Shown here one piece after another: positions 1-13,232 of a DNA stretch of 64,000 nucleotides (positions within the stretch are counted from its first letter, which is position 1; every line of letters starts with the position of its first letter). The stretch covers positions 97,030,001-97,094,000 of the forward strand of contig CM059433.1 of assembly GCA_030390025.1 (NCBI GenBank). The letters run 5' to 3'. A program made the translations under genes and the position numbers. Origin of the DNA: Squalus acanthias (lineage: Eukaryota). Under the pieces are notes generated by a model that was not told where the DNA came from, ran no database searches, and saw only the letters and a program-made list of their open reading frames with translations.

Positions 1-121
1 TGTCCCCTTTCATTTTCATTGTACACGTTACATGCTCTTTATTTTCGTGAACATAGAATACATCATAAATACAGCCACTTAAACAATATTGAAACTAAAT
101 TCTGCTATTTCTTCTTTGCAG

Positions 122-571
122 GACCGGCACGATGGAGTTAACAGCCACAGTTCGAGGCTGTCCCAACTCGGGTCGGTCTCCCAGGGACACTACTCAACGG
201 CTCCTCCGCTCTCTCACACCCCGACGTCGGACTTCCAGCCACCTTATTTCCCTCCTCCTTACCAACCTCTCCCTTACCACCAGAGCCAGGATCCTTACAC
301 GCACGTCAACGACCCCTACTCCCTGAACGCCCTGCACCAACCCCAGCAGCACCCCTGGCAGCAGAGGCAGCGGCAGGACGTGGGTGCCGAGCCAAGCCTT
401 CTACACCAGCCCCGGGTTCTGCCCCAGATCACAGGGCTCGACCCTCGCCGGGATTACCCCGGCGTGCGGCGGCCAGACGTGCTTGTCCACTCTGCTCATG
501 GACTCGATTCGGGGATGGGAGACAGCCTGTCTCTGCATAGTATCAGCCATCATGGAATGGAAGATATTCAG
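122..571 (+). CDS. tfap2b: AP-2 beta exon 2, Pro/Gln-rich activation domain with PY motif (PPPY 251-262)
   Basis: Acceptor ttctttgcag|GAC, donor CAG|gtgaga; [22 protein letters not shown]...[11 protein letters not shown]...GMEDIQ. Confidence 0.97.
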
Positions 572-3500
572 GTGAGACTACAATATTGAAATTGCATTCT
601 AGTTAGTCTACAGTTTTTAATGTCGATTGTATTGCAAAGTTGTCCAATGCATTATGAAAGTTGCACGTCAGTTGTGTCGATAGGAAGGTGCCATTTATCG
701 GCTAATATTACGACAGCACGTCAAACATTTTGTCGTTTTGACTTGCAACTTCTATCCCATTGCATATATTGACAAATTGTTAACTTACACCTTGAAGAGG
801 TACAAAACTCTGTTCACTACAATAGTGACTGAAACTACAAACTTTTCTTGATCGAACCCTTTACAAGATTGAGTGGTACTACTTTAGGTCAAGTTATTAT
901 AAAGGCCTATATCATTGATATATTCCAGAGTAAGTCGCACTCCATTAGGAGAGCAGTCCCCTGGAACCCAGTGTGAGGTGCAAATTATCAACGCTCCCTT
1001 TACAGTCTACACTACATACATATAGTTCCCTCTACCATTAGTACAGAACCTGTTTCTGTTAAATAAATACTCCGTCGGCCACAAAATTGTCTTCGCTTAT
1101 CAGAACTAGCCCCCAGAGAGGAAATCATATTGGAATATGAATGATGGTGTTCCATAACACCATTTTCTGATGTGCATTTAACTGCAATAAAACGATTTCG
1201 TGCATCTAATCCATTTGTATTGTTATTTCAATTTATTTTGGTGAGTCGATTTCATAGTAAATAAATGCAATAAAATAGTAGCCGTACAATTAGATTTGAT
1301 GAGATTTGATGCAGAATTAGAGCCTGTGTGGAATTAGAAGACTGCTAAGTTGCTACACACGTATAATGGGAGGTGGGGTGTGGAAAGGAGGGGGCGTTCT
1401 CTGAGCACACAAAGTATAAACTACTGGACTTCCTCTAGTTTACGAGTAATTCAGGATAGCATTCAGGAAACAGTACTGTCTAGTTGATCGCTGTAACAAA
1501 TTATCTTATAGCATTTTTGATTAAATAGATGTTAGTTAATTTGTAATACTCTGAATGTGTGTACATGTGTGGAATTTGGCAATTATGGAGAGTATATAAG
1601 ATAACATTCTGAAAATTGGTACTTTAGTGACCCTGAAATCAGTACCTATCCCATGAAAAGCTATGTATTGAGTACTGAGCCCTGTTATTGTGTCGCACTT
1701 GCTCAATGGATTGTCTTTTTGTGGATGAAAGGTTACCAAGTTTTTGGAGATTGGTATAAGCATTACCGACCTGAGTTGGAAAATAATATTATTAGCAATT
1801 GAAGCTTGAATTATACTCCATTTATACTTAAAAAGGAAACATAGTTTGTTTGAAAAACATGTACTTGCCCATAAACAAAGATGGCCGCTGTGGTCTGCAA
1901 TTCCGCTCTCTCTATAACGAATGTGTGTAGCGCCTTGTAACATTTGGACAAGGGTAGAACTAAAAGGATACCGTGCACATTTAATCCTTAATTCACAATT
2001 GGTTGATGCAAAGCATGTATATTTTTAAAAAAACAATCATTGCGTATTCATATTTGTTGACTGCAGAATATTGCAATAATCGCGGCAACACTTTACAGAT
2101 TTTTGAATTGGCTTGAATGTTTGGCTTTGGATCAGTCTGGTATTCAGACACAACCTGACTGCGTTTCGTTTGTAGCTTTAGTTTGCCCCGACCTTTTTAT
2201 TAAATCCTCCAGACAATAATGTTGGGGGCATTCAGTTGCGTGACAAGGTACCGGACAGACACGTTCTTTCCTTTCACGGAAGATAAATTTGTTTCACTTA
2301 ACTAAAACGTAAATAACGACACTACCGAATCATGACTTTACAAAGTGCTTAACGCTGCAATCTGTGACTGTCTTGGCCGCTATCCTGTTCCCGGTGATCA
2401 GTACAAGTTAGAAATGTAGTGCGTTTGTTCCTATTGTTACCGAGTCATTTTTAGTAAGATGAAGTGGCAAGAAGAATGGAGTATGCTAAATGCCGCGCTG
2501 ATTTATGCAAAAAGAATATTATCACTTCCAAATGTTCACAGGGGACAAATTTCAGGTCGTTGTGGACATCTGTCCTTCTATAGCTCATTCACTTGGTAGC
2601 TGCTACTGTCTGAACGAATGAGGCGATGATGTAGATTTATTGATAGCTTCAAACCAGGGTCTATGAAGATCACTTATTGTATTGCTGTCTTCTCCGTGAC
2701 ATTTTGTGCGCGCGTGTTCGAGTACGTGTTTCAGCAGGGGACTACATCAGTACGAGTAGGCTTGTAGCTGTATGTTTTAACTACAGAACGACTACCATTT
2801 AACCATGCATTTATTCATTGACTGCATTATTATGATAGGCACACGTAATTTGTCATAACTATATTTTTGCAAATTTAAAATTATGCATGCAGGATGGGAC
2901 TATATTAATGTCTCAGTGCGCTTGCTATAGTTATAATATTGTTTTGCGATTTCACTTCAGGACTAATAGCGTCAGCCGTAAATGTAATCAGGGGCAATGC
3001 CACAATGATACATGTACACATATCTGTCATCAACATTTTAATGTGATTCTTTTTGAATCTAAGGTGATATTATGTTGTATAAGCACTGAACTTCACAGCA
3101 TCAGTAATATAATTTACCGCGGTGCCAAAGTCGATTCATCTCCTAAGCATTCATTTGCAGTAAAATTGCATTCATTATTACAGAAATGGCCCGTGTGAGT
3201 GCAGCCAGTGTGAATGGAATGGCAGTTCACATTTGATATGTTCAGTTGAATTAAATACTTGTTCTATAGGACAGAATTGATCCGAAATGAATATATAACA
3301 GGCAATTACCATAACAGTTCAACCGCTATAAGGAACTGTAACTCTAATAACTTCCGTGCCACCTTGAAACGTTAACTCCAAATAGGGGAGCATTATTTGG
3401 GCATCCAGTTCTCAAAATCTAACAGATTAAGATTCAGCAAAATGTTTAATAAAAATGAGAACAGCTAAGCACCTCTTTATTTGCAAGGCTTTAGACGTTC

Positions 3501-6500
3501 TGTCTAATCCAGTGCCATTGCCTTTTAAAACTAGCAATGAGAGGGTCGGCCGCTTTCATTGAATTAGAAAAGTCTCAATTATACAGACGGTCAGATTTGT
3601 GAACAAGGGTTCATTTATTGGATACAATATTGCAAAACTAAATAGAATCAGGAGGCTCTATAGAAAGCATGGCGCGTTTGGTGTTGTGTTCGATCTTTAC
3701 CATTACCTAGATCGCTTCAAATAAAAGGGAAAGTATTTTTGATAATTATGGAAGCCGATTGTTCAACTGTGTTAGGATTGCGAAGCGGAACAATATCAAA
3801 ATACAATCCCCGTCAATATCAAGAATGCTGTAGTGCAGCTGATACGACCAGGAATGCCTGGGCATAGAAAGCGTTGCATTGTTTAAGCGCTGGCGTGGTC
3901 TTTGTGTATGCATCTTTAGATTGTTAATGAATGTTTACTCAATTCATGCCACCGTCCTCGCATTTTCCTTTGAACTCTCTGCTACTTTTCTTACTCTTTT
4001 GAGTAATCATATGGCGCAAAATGAGATTTCTTAAATTATGTTTATTTTGGCACAAATGCTCAACCTTTAATTGCACCTCTAATCTATCTATTCACTTTAG
4101 ATTCAGATTCCGCTTTAATATTACTTGACGACACATCGTAAAACAGAGCTGATGTTATTTAAAATATTATCAATAGGCAAGCCATATTGAACGTTTAGGA
4201 GCATGGCGGGAGAGTAATTATTTACACATTTCAACCAACATAATCGATGGCATTTAAATGATAATGGTATGGATTTTTCGCCTGACATATTGGAAATAAG
4301 GAGGCGTAATATCTAAACGGAATAATAAGTTTTAAGTAAAGAGTTTGCGTTTCGTTAATCTAAACTCAGCATTGCATTTAAAAAGTACAGTCGGAAAATG
4401 CAACTGGGAAATCCCATTAAATGACTGATTTTTGAAACCAATCTTATCCTTTTAAAAAGGAAAACACGTTTTAATGATGGCTTCGGGCCTTTCCCATAAA
4501 CAGTTAAATCCTTTATACTTTTGTTTTCTTTAATGCATTCTGACCCAGATGAGAAACTGTTCACCACTGAACAATTCACCTATGCAGGGTACTACATTTT
4601 TTTTCATGAAAATACAAAGTACTCGATCCCCACCGGTAAATAACGCGCGAACAACTGGGGTTTAACTAGAATGTCAAGTTTCTGGTCATTTTGCTGTGTT
4701 CATTGTGGCCTCCTTTAACAGGCAGAGTGCTCAGAAACACCGGGAATTTAAGGCAGAAAATTAAAAAAAACGGTACCCCAAACATCTCCAAAGGCCCACG
4801 GTGATCAGAGTCGGAATGGGCCGAAATGTTTGAGTGGCAGGGTTTCTGTGGGTTACAGGAACACTGCCAAAGTTGTAGTTTCTATTATCGTGGCAGCTTG
4901 AAAAAAGTACAACGAAACCAAGAAGCAAACGCTAAACGACCCCCTGATGTTTGCTTTCTTTAGCAAAGTTTTACAGGTTCCCTATATGTTTGGCTTCTTA
5001 CCCGAACCAGTGACTTTGTTTTGTCCCTCTGTGAGGGGTGTGTGTGTGTGTGTTTGGGGGGGGGGGGGGGGGGGCGACGCCATGGAAGACAATATTCTAA
5101 AGAAATACAACGCTCACATCTTCCACACAACTCAAATATGTGGATTGCTGCAAACACCGATTTTAAAAAAAATATATCATTTTAAAGAATAAAGGACAAG
5201 GGCGGCCGCATTTTTTGGTAAAGTTAAGCTGTGTAGATTACTTCTCAGTTCTCACTACCTTAAACTTCGGAGTATTTGGTTAATTGAAAATGAAAACAAC
5301 ACTAAAGTGTGTCAGAATTAATCATAATTCGGTGAATGGATTTTTACCCAGGAGGGGCAAAAGAGGAGTAAGGTGATTGATGTTTACTTGGTTGAGTTAC
5401 GATGATCTCTAACGATGGATTTCGCCCTTAAGATCAAGTCCGTTCTGATTTAGCAAACTGCCTTTTGTGAAAATCATCCCTTTCCTCTTAATATCAAATT
5501 TCTATTGAACAGGTTAGATGGTTTTTATCAACGATCAATTGAATAAAACATTTAAATAAAACACAGGGAAAATATAAGTATTATTTCGATTTTAAAATGA
5601 CAAGAAGTATAACATCCACTTAAGATATATAGCAAGATAATTCTTAAGAGGGTAATCGTTAGTTTTTACTAAGAGCGGAGGGAAATTAACTTTAACAAAA
5701 TAAGAAGCTCTTGCTGCAAGCTGAGAAATGCTGTTGGTATTTTGAACTGTCTTTCGTCAAACTCTGTGAACCAACGGCCCCATTGTCCCCATATGTTCTC
5801 AGACAGTTCATTGAATAACTTCCTTAGCACACTTTTTATTAATTTTATCAGCGATATTGACTCAACAACAAGTGACGACGTGATCGTGTTCCGCAGAGAC
5901 TTTCCGGTATTGCGATGAATGTATATTTCAAATCCTTGCCGGTCTAAAGTAATCAGTAAATATAACATCAATACATGTTTTATTCGCGTAGACACTTATG
6001 CGGTGTGCGATTCTATCTGCCTGCGTGTAATCTAGGCTGTAAACAATGCCAAACCTTTCATCTGGACAGCTGCTGGTTTCAGTTAAGACGAGTGGATTCA
6101 ATGTGCCGCATAGTTTTGTTCTTAATAACATTTACATCTTCTCTATCCAGTCAACTGCGGATTTGATAAAATAGATAAAACTATTTTGCAACATAGCAGA
6201 CAGACTATAACAGGCGCCCCAAAATTCCCGAAGTTTCTTTGGGGAGTTTCCAAATCGCTGTTGAAATGTGTCAAAATGACGGTGTATGTCGCCCGAGCAG
6301 CTCTGTGGTAAATTCATGAAGATATTTTACTCCCCGCCCCCCACGCCCACCATGTGGTTACTGACGACCTTACTTCTAAATCGGACATAAGTGTACAGAC
6401 ATCAGAAGCTGGCTAATTGTAGACAGAAGCCATTAACACGCCGACTGTTGGGAAATCGGACGCCTTGGCATCGCCAATTCAAGTCCCGCTCTTTTAATTT

Positions 6501-8436
6501 GAGAGCGAGTAAGTTGAAGTGTAGAGGGCGCGCCACTGCAGGCACTGCAAAGCAAACAATAAAAATTAGGCGAAATGCAAGGGGGATATGTTCAGTAAAC
6601 TGTTTGTAAACGTGCACGCGTTTCCATTCGCAATTTGTTAAAATCCCGCTGTTCGCATCCCTTTAAAGCAGAGAGTCTGGTAATTAAAAGTGTGAGTTGT
6701 TTTTCCCTCATTTCCGCATGCATTTCTAATTAAATCTTTATGATACTCTCTGTGACTATTAACTGCCAACATGCTGCGTGAATATCCTCTACAAAAACCC
6801 AGCAGGCGGTGATAATTAGATAGAGAATCAAAGTAGACCTTTCTCATTAGCTACACAAACTTCTTCTTAACATTCTGTTGAAGTGGATTGTTCTGAAGCT
6901 CACCTTAAAATATGTTTCCTAAATTATTGGCCAAATAGAAAGAAACACCCGCATCTTAAATTATAAAAGGTTATTTATTGAACACATGTACGATAGCGCA
7001 CGTTTCAACATGTTAAATGTTAGCTTCAGAAAACGGAACTGTCCAGAATATAAAACAAGCTTTACACCGCACACGGGGCCAACACGCACCAGGCAATGCT
7101 AAATGCTGTGGCAAGGACTGAATTTTAGTGACTCAAACTACTTTGCATTCACTACCATGACATCTTTTTCACTTTGTATGCTGTCGCCCCATTGCCTAAT
7201 GTCGCGGCAAGACAACAGCACGTGTCTAGAAGGCACGTGGCTATTGCCATGCTCTCCTAAATATTGTTTCCGCCGAGCATTTTTGTAACAATAAAGCGGG
7301 AGCGCGGGTTTGTGTGTATATACTGGAGAATAATCCATTTCTATATGCACCAATGTAAAAATATTGCTACTGGTCATTGCAGATTGGATTTTATAAATCC
7401 TCGACCAACCATAACCATTACACCGACATTAATTGCATAGGGTAAAAAATGATGTCAATACAGGGCTTGGTAATAAAGATGAACTTGAGTTTAAAAAAAC
7501 GGCATTCAGGAAGTTTGAAGGACTAGTGAAAGGGCAATGTGGCACTTCCATAAAATATCTCAAATCTATAGGGAGGATCCAACTCTCTTTGTGAAGTTCT
7601 TACACGCTAACGTTCTGTGTCATTTTCCTTTTGCATTATCCTTTCAGCTTTCAAAGGATAATTTCAGACGTTTGAGTTGAAATTATGAATACGGTTTTAC
7701 GTTTGTATAGACAATAGTTGTACAGGAAGAAGCGTGCTTTCCCAACAACAAACCTGCTCTACTTTCCAATATTGCAACAAGCGTACAGTCATGGATAAAT
7801 CAATTACATGAGACAGCTATAATTATTTGAAGAACATACAAGAGTTAAATGCTCGGAGGGTTACATATCACTGCGTTAGTATTGCTTGTTTTGTTTAACC
7901 AATGTAGATGTAAATAACCAAAACAGAAACAAAGCTAATCATTTAAGAAATAATCGTGCGTGTCGCATGGTATTAACCGTCTGACGCTAAGGGTCAGATT
8001 ATCACACGCATCTGAACACAAGAACACATAATAAGCTTTAGCAGTTGCACGATCACGGTTTAATTAAAGATGTGGCAAGATTCTGCTCTGCCTTGTTCCA
8101 AATGGGTCAATATAGCTTAAAGTAATTTCTAAACTCTAGTTTCTAGACGAGTGGATTTCTCCAGAAACGAATTCAAGACAAGGGTGCGTGCGCCTTTTTC
8201 AATGTGATCTACTTAGGGCTCATTGTCTGACAAGTGCTGCAGTAATCCATGTTCTTGTTGTCAACAGTCTAAAATATCACATATTTACTTGAAGCTCTTT
8301 TCAATACTAAAATAACAGTTTAATTGTATGGTCCTTTTTGTATACATTAATTTGTGTCCTTCCCATTGGAAAGGTTTATTTGTGATGTTATCATAACAAT
8401 GTGTACTATACTACGCATAATTCTATCTGAGTGTTA

Positions 8437-8558
8437 ATGACATACATATGTATCATGCTCTATTACAGTAGGTATGCATCATGTACACATGTGCATATGC
8501 ACGTATGTCTGCATAATGCATACCTACTGTAATAGTGCATGATATATATGCATGTCAT
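8437..8558. repeat. ~120-bp near-perfect palindrome (hairpin)
   Basis: atgacatacatatgtatcatgctctattacagtaggtatgcat is mirrored by atgcatacctactgtaatagtgcatgatatatatgcatgtcat; centre gtgcatatgcac. Confidence 0.9.
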
Positions 8559-8932
8559 ACCTATTTACACAGTAACATATGCATGGATATAGTGTACTAC
8601 TCGGGTAAAATATGTTTAATTCGCTTACACGGTTGCACATTATAATCAAATACATATTTCTGTTTATAAGTTTGTTCTGTGTGTTCTACGTTGATAATAA
8701 AAAAATCGCTTGGGTCTCAGATGTTGGGCAGCTTATTTTCTGATATGTAATTCTGGCGAATTTGATTTCCTCTGGTGATTTTTCTTAGAATAATAAACCC
8801 TCAACCAAGTAATATAAATGGAAATAACAGATAGTCGAGTTCGGTTGAACTTGATTTATATACATGACTGTTTAATATCAAGTCAATTTGAATAGTGATA
8901 TGACCCTAACTGTTTTTTTTATATATTAACAG

Positions 8933-8993
8933 GGTTTGGATGACACGGGTACCACTGGCATGAGTTTATTGGACCAATCTGTCATTAAAAAGG
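8933..8993 (+). CDS. tfap2b: AP-2 beta exon 3 (61 nt)
   Basis: ttaacag|GGT...AAG G|gtatgg; GLDDTGTTGMSLLDQSVIKK; phase 0 in, phase 1 out. Confidence 0.95.
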
Positions 8994-9677
8994 GTATGGA
9001 ATGTGAAAATGAATTGAAATGGATGGTTAAATTGCTCAGCCACATTATGTATTCCACTAACCATATAGTACGAATCTATTTAAATATTATGTGTAACTTT
9101 ATACCAGAAATGTCTACTAAATCGACTAGTTTCACAATCCACACAGCAGTATCAGTTTTTGAAGTTGTTTAAGCTTTGTATTATGTTGATATATATATAA
9201 TCTCACGCCATGGTCTGTAATCAAAATACTGAAGTTATCTCTTCAATATATATGATTTCAGTTCAAAGGCACTTCTCTGGATTTGTGGAACGGATGGTAG
9301 GGTGTCATATACAGGAATTGTAGACGATTACTTTAGGATAATGGAGCACAATTCATTGACCTATGTGTGTATGTGCAGCCTGTGTACACTGCAGACTAAG
9401 AGGTTTCTGAATTCATCAGATCTATACATGCAAATCTCCTGTAAATTATTCATATTATCGAATATTAAAAGTTCTGCCATCCACTCTTCTATTTTATACA
9501 TAGAGAAACATTTCTTGACCAGCCATCCATTTAGGAGCTTATAGATGTAATAATACAACACGGTGGTAAGGGTATTAGCTCATTTAAAAGGCCAATGACT
9601 TCAATCTTTTGTCTTGTACGCATTTCCAAGAAACGTTTGAAATCACGAAGAAACCTCAGTTTACAAAGACATATTTA

Positions 9678-9750
9678 TGGATGGATGGATAGATTGATGG
9701 ATGGATGGAAGGATAAGATAGTAGGTTAGATGGACAGACAGATAGGTGGA
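9678..9750 (+). repeat. Degenerate (GATG)n/(GATA)n microsatellite
   Basis: tggatggatggatagattgatggatggatgg...gataggtggata. Confidence 0.8.
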
Positions 9751-12685
9751 TATTTATCAGATAAATAAAAATATAACATTAGTTTCCGTCAACATTTACC
9801 AATTGCAGATTTTTGTCTCAAGTAAATAAAATCATGCCGATAATGCAGATGACCATAGAGTGAGCTTTTTCAGGCTAATTCAAAAATGCGTGCAGCCTTC
9901 GAATTCAAATCTAACGCAACATGAGCCTTACCTAAGATTGGGCGGTGTAACCAAGTATGTCAATTTTATTTATAAGAGAAATGCATATATTTAAACTCGA
10001 TGTTGCTATTGTAGAGCATGTGATAACCTTCGTTGAGGGGAAAACTTCAGTTGGTCGTGTTGTTTTCCCTCAACATGACATTCCTTGAGATGACTTTGCT
10101 GATACACCTTCACGCGGTGTTGTAACCAATTGGATGGCCTTCGCTTTCGGCTCGGAAGCATCGGCCTGCGTTGGCCCCTTGATGTAGCGTTTGGTTGCGT
10201 TTGTTGATTGTTCTCTATTATGCTGTCTTTATTTTGGGGGTATACGGAGGATGGTTATCTGCTTTGTTATATTCCGCTGTCAAAATTCTGTCCAAGGGTT
10301 GTTTGTTGTGCCTTCTTTGATGGTGTTATGATCTCAGTATTGTGTTTAATTGCGCTGAAGGTGTGTCTGTGTGCGAGGTTACCGAGGCATGGTTTGCTTG
10401 GTTGTACCCATGCCGGAGCTTGCGTTCAGTTCCAATGTGTACCCAGTGCTTGTGTTTCAGTCCCTTGTGTTATGCCTCGCCGGTTTTCTGCACAGAGTTA
10501 CCGGCAGAGTGTTGTTTCCGTCTGGTCGCGAGCCCCGTTTTTGTGTTGGTGCCTGTGTGTGGTAACCTGTGCTGATGTGTTGTGATTGTTTTGACATTCC
10601 CTGCACCTTGCTATTTCAGTGCAAGCTCCGTGAACCGTGCACAGCCCAGCTTTCTATTTTCTCCACGTCTGACCGATCAGCCTGCTCTAATCTCCGTCAG
10701 CAGGTTAAAAAAAAAACCCAGACACGAGGGACAGAAACTGCATGTTCTCAGCTGTCACGTCACCAGGTGAATATAAAGAGACAGCGTATCCGTTCCGGCT
10801 CCATGGGCTCTTTTCAAAGCGATGTGATGGCTGCAGTGCCTGCGTGGCTTCGATTTGAAGCGGCTGTGTGCATTTTCGCGGCGATATTCACAGACCCATC
10901 ACTGCAAATGTTCAAAGAAGATGCCAAATGTTAAAATAATGGAATGAGCTAAGGATTGCGACTGACCACTTATTCTGCAACCTTTAGCTCCTCTTACTTT
11001 GGGGGTCGGGGGGGGGGGGGACATAGCTTGTGAATGTAAACGATTTACAGCCAACTAAACGACAGTGAATAGTTCTCTTAAAAAAGGCTGATAATTCAAG
11101 GAAAATACTTGGGCTACTGACTTTAAAACTGTCATTTAAACAGAAAAAGAATGAAAATAAAGCCGGGACACCTAAATATCTGCCCCAATATAGCAGCGAT
11201 CTTTTCCCGAACACTCTCCATGCTCCAAAGTAGGTTATGAAAACATGAATAGATTTATCTAATGTGTCTCTCCCAGCCTAAAGTATAACTCTAATTTCCC
11301 AACAAAGACGCGGTGATTTGTAACTCAATCTAACTGACGCATAAAAGTAACAACAAAGCAACAGCTGCGAATTATTACTGCTATTAAGTTCTTGCAGAGT
11401 TATCTTTCCTTTTACCATTAACTTTCTTTAGAAGTGCAGGTCATTACCAGTAAAATAGTTTCCTCCTTGACACGTACTGTAACCGTTTTTTAAAACATTG
11501 TCCTTGGCAAAATTGAGCTTTTAAAAAAAACAAGATTACAAGAACGACAGCCAACCTGGTTTGCCGAAAAAGTTGCTTGTAAACACGAAAGGAAGATAAG
11601 CTAGCTGTCAATTAAAACCCGCGAGAGGACTGTGACCCATGTTATCATTTGGAAAGAACACAGTCATTGCAAAACCCAGAAAAGTTCACTGCAGTTGAAA
11701 TAAAATCCGTGCAAGCATCACACTTTAAAGGCCATTTTCTGTTTGAATAGTGTTTCATGCCAAAGATGAGTTAAATTATCGAACGACGGAATCTCGTTTT
11801 TTTTAATGATTTCCAAAAACAATTGCAAATCAGTTCCCTAGCTGGATGCTGCAATAGGTTTCTGCAATACACCGTTTTCGTGCTGTTTCACATGCAACAA
11901 TGATAGGTCATTCAACTCGCGGTGGGGGAGGGGGCAACAGGTTAGTTGGCATTTTCTACACCAGTAAATATATGGATGGGCCATATTTCTTTCTGCCGGG
12001 AGGTCTTCAAATCATTCCCCACTCTGATTCAATAGCATTGATCAGCTTAGCATTGGCGACGCAAGAGCCTTCAAAACAAAGGATGACTTCACCGATACCC
12101 GGAAATAGGGAGCAATTCTGCACGATTTGTCACAAATACAATGATATTGATTGTATTTGTTACTTTAAGTTTCTGCATAGGATCAAACCATTAAAGGTTT
12201 ATATTTTAAGCTGGGATACTATTGAGACGTCCGTACAGAAGAACTCCATTTGGTCCTGCTTTATCACCCTTGCCAAGTTTTCAAACTGTCCTAAGAACTA
12301 CTCTTACATGTACGCCTTGTTCTCAGTCTCCGTTTATTTTCTGATTTGAAAGAACGCGGCAAATCCTGTACTTGGGTAGGGCTCGGTTTGACTCGTTATT
12401 CGTGTATTTATCACGTGCGATTTTAGGTTAGCAGATAAACGAAATGTTCAATCGCTGGAAACATGCTTTCAGAGGAAACTTTCTGCTGACAGGGGACGCT
12501 GGGTGACTGGAATCCTAGTATTAAAAATATATTCCTGTAAAGGCGAAAAGGGAGTGCATCAACCTTTAGAGTTCCGCTGATAAACAGGGAGATTAAAATT
12601 ACACTGAAACCTTTTAAAACAAAAAATGACTTCCACGGTACCCAGAAGTAGAGAGCAAGTTTGCACGATTTGTCACAAAGACAAT

Positions 12686-13232
12686 AAGAACATAAGAACA
12701 TAAGAAATAGGAGCAGGAGTAGGCCATTTGATCCTTCGAGCCTGCTCCGCCATTCAATAAAATCATGGCTGATCTTCTACCTCATCTCCACTTTTCTGCA
12801 CCATCCCCATATCCCTTGATTACCTGAATATTCAAAAATCTATCGATCTCTGTCTTGAATATACTCAACGACTGAGCCTCCACAGCCCTCTGGGGTAGAG
12901 AATTCCAAAGATTCACCACCCTCTGAGTGAAGAAATTTCTCCTCATCTCAGTCCTAAATGGCCGACCCCTTATTCTGAGACTGTGACCCCTGGTTCTAGA
13001 TTCCCCAGCCAGGGGAAACATCCTCCCTGCATCTACCCTATCAAGCCCTGTAAGAATTTTGTATGTTTCAATGAGATCACCTCTCATTTTTCTAAATTCT
13101 AGAGAATATAGGCCTAGTCTACTCAATCTCTCCTCATAGGACAATCCTCCCATCCCAGGAATCAGTCTGGTGAACCTTCGTTGCACTCCCTCTATGGCAA
13201 GTATATCCTTCCTTAGGTAAGGAGACCAAAAC
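12686..13232 (-). mobile_element. 5'-truncated young CR1-type LINE (ORF2 C-terminus plus 3' UTR)
   Basis: ORF 12782-13255(-) reads FWSPYLRKDILAIEGVQRRFTRLIPGM...RTRGH...FFTQRVVNLWNSLP; (TTCTTATG)n tail; ACAAT TSD at 12681-12685 and 13231-13235. Confidence 0.93.

Noticed and set aside
89-121. N-terminal extension [11 protein letters not shown] of ORF 89-589
   Set aside because: TTG start within the intron 1 polypyrimidine tract; the exon begins at 122 after the AG.
5035-5074. (GT)n plus poly-G run (also 11008-11020 and 20887-20917) as functional G-quadruplexes
   Set aside because: Simple homopolymers, error-prone in sequencing, with no supporting context.
10208-10585. 125-aa Cys/Val-rich ORF
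   Set aside because: By-product of the TG-rich composition; no domain recognised.
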